Below, in pieces: positions 32,312 through 32,633 of a stretch of 32,633 nt of DNA. Both the position numbers and the translations under genes were made by a program. The DNA is from a virus (lineage: Duplodnaviria > Caudoviricetes), in IMG/VR virus record IMGVR_UViG_3300017914_002531, positions 1 to 32,633 of that record, one strand, 5' to 3'. The notes under the pieces were generated by a model, which was given only the letters and a program-made list of their open reading frames with translations, did no database searches and was not told the DNA's origin. Positions within the stretch are counted from its first letter, which is position 1. Each line of letters opens with the position of its first letter.

Positions 32312-32345
32312 GATTGTAAGTAATCGCCAAAAGGCTACCTAAAAA

Positions 32346-32633
32346 TTACTTTAGATCGACATACCAGCCATCATGATCATTAGCAATATTCCAGCGCTTG
32401 AGTAAGTTTTTGCGACTGTATCGCTGATTCTCTCCTGACCCGCCAGGATAACCACCATTAACTAGATCAAGCTCGCCTGCAGGGTCGTGGACCATGAAAT
32501 GCGTGTCGTCATAGCCAATCAGGCAAACCCAGTGACCACCTCCGACTGGATTGCTCACATGGCCATAGTGCAAGATGCCAATAGGCACCGGGACGCCATC
32601 GTCCAGTAGCTCCAGCAGCTTTTGTTCTGTTCC
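32346..32633 (-). CDS. C-terminal part of a C39-family cysteine peptidase (possible lysin), truncated by the window edge
   Basis: GVPVPIGILHYG....GGGHWVCLIGYD...MVHDPAG; the frame stays open to the window end. Confidence 0.78.
   Translation of the reverse strand, partial: GTEQKLLELLDDGVPVPIGILHYGHVSNPVGGGHWVCLIGYDDTHFMVHDPAGELDLVNGGYPGGSGENQRYSRKNLLKRWNIANDHDGWYVDLK

Noticed and set aside
1-32633. tRNA genes, integrase, psbA/hli photosynthesis genes
   Set aside because: No cloverleaf-sized gap with tRNA motifs and no ORF with the relevant signatures was seen by eye; a tRNAscan run would confirm.

Overview
This window is about 32.6 kb of a tailed cyanophage genome. The gene content resembles the P-SS2/S-CBS2-type Synechococcus/Prochlorococcus siphoviruses, an assignment from gene content only. 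Positions 1-725 are non-coding and may be a genome end. Nearly everything from 726 to 28878 is on the minus strand: dozens of small, translationally coupled genes, several host-interaction genes (S/U/V-type bilin lyase, CP12-like protein, cupin, DUF4278 protein under a glutamine-II riboswitch and NtcA box), portal, dcd, class II RNR, muramidase, glutaredoxin, metallophosphoesterase, DnaG, two sigma factors, TerS/TerL, thyX, RecE-like exonuclease, RusA, SSB and a Sak3-like annealing protein. A divergent plus-strand unit encodes an HTH replication-initiator-like protein and a DnaB helicase, and the window ends inside a C39-type peptidase. The most unusual structures are: (1) two arrays of a 14-bp quasi-palindrome TCYCA-N4-TGRGA (7 and 6 copies, sharing a perfect 28-bp inverted repeat) that bracket the whole 28-kb leftward block; (2) a DUF3310 protein carrying an apparent translation initiation factor IF2 N-terminal domain; (3) an NtcA plus glutamine riboswitch nitrogen-sensing cassette; (4) a GGYANNCT motif 20-27 nt upstream of eight genes, a candidate phage-sigma promoter; (5) exact 37-bp promoter/RBS direct repeats and terminator-promoter fusion elements around small gene cassettes. 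All family calls come from motif recognition by eye, not database searches.
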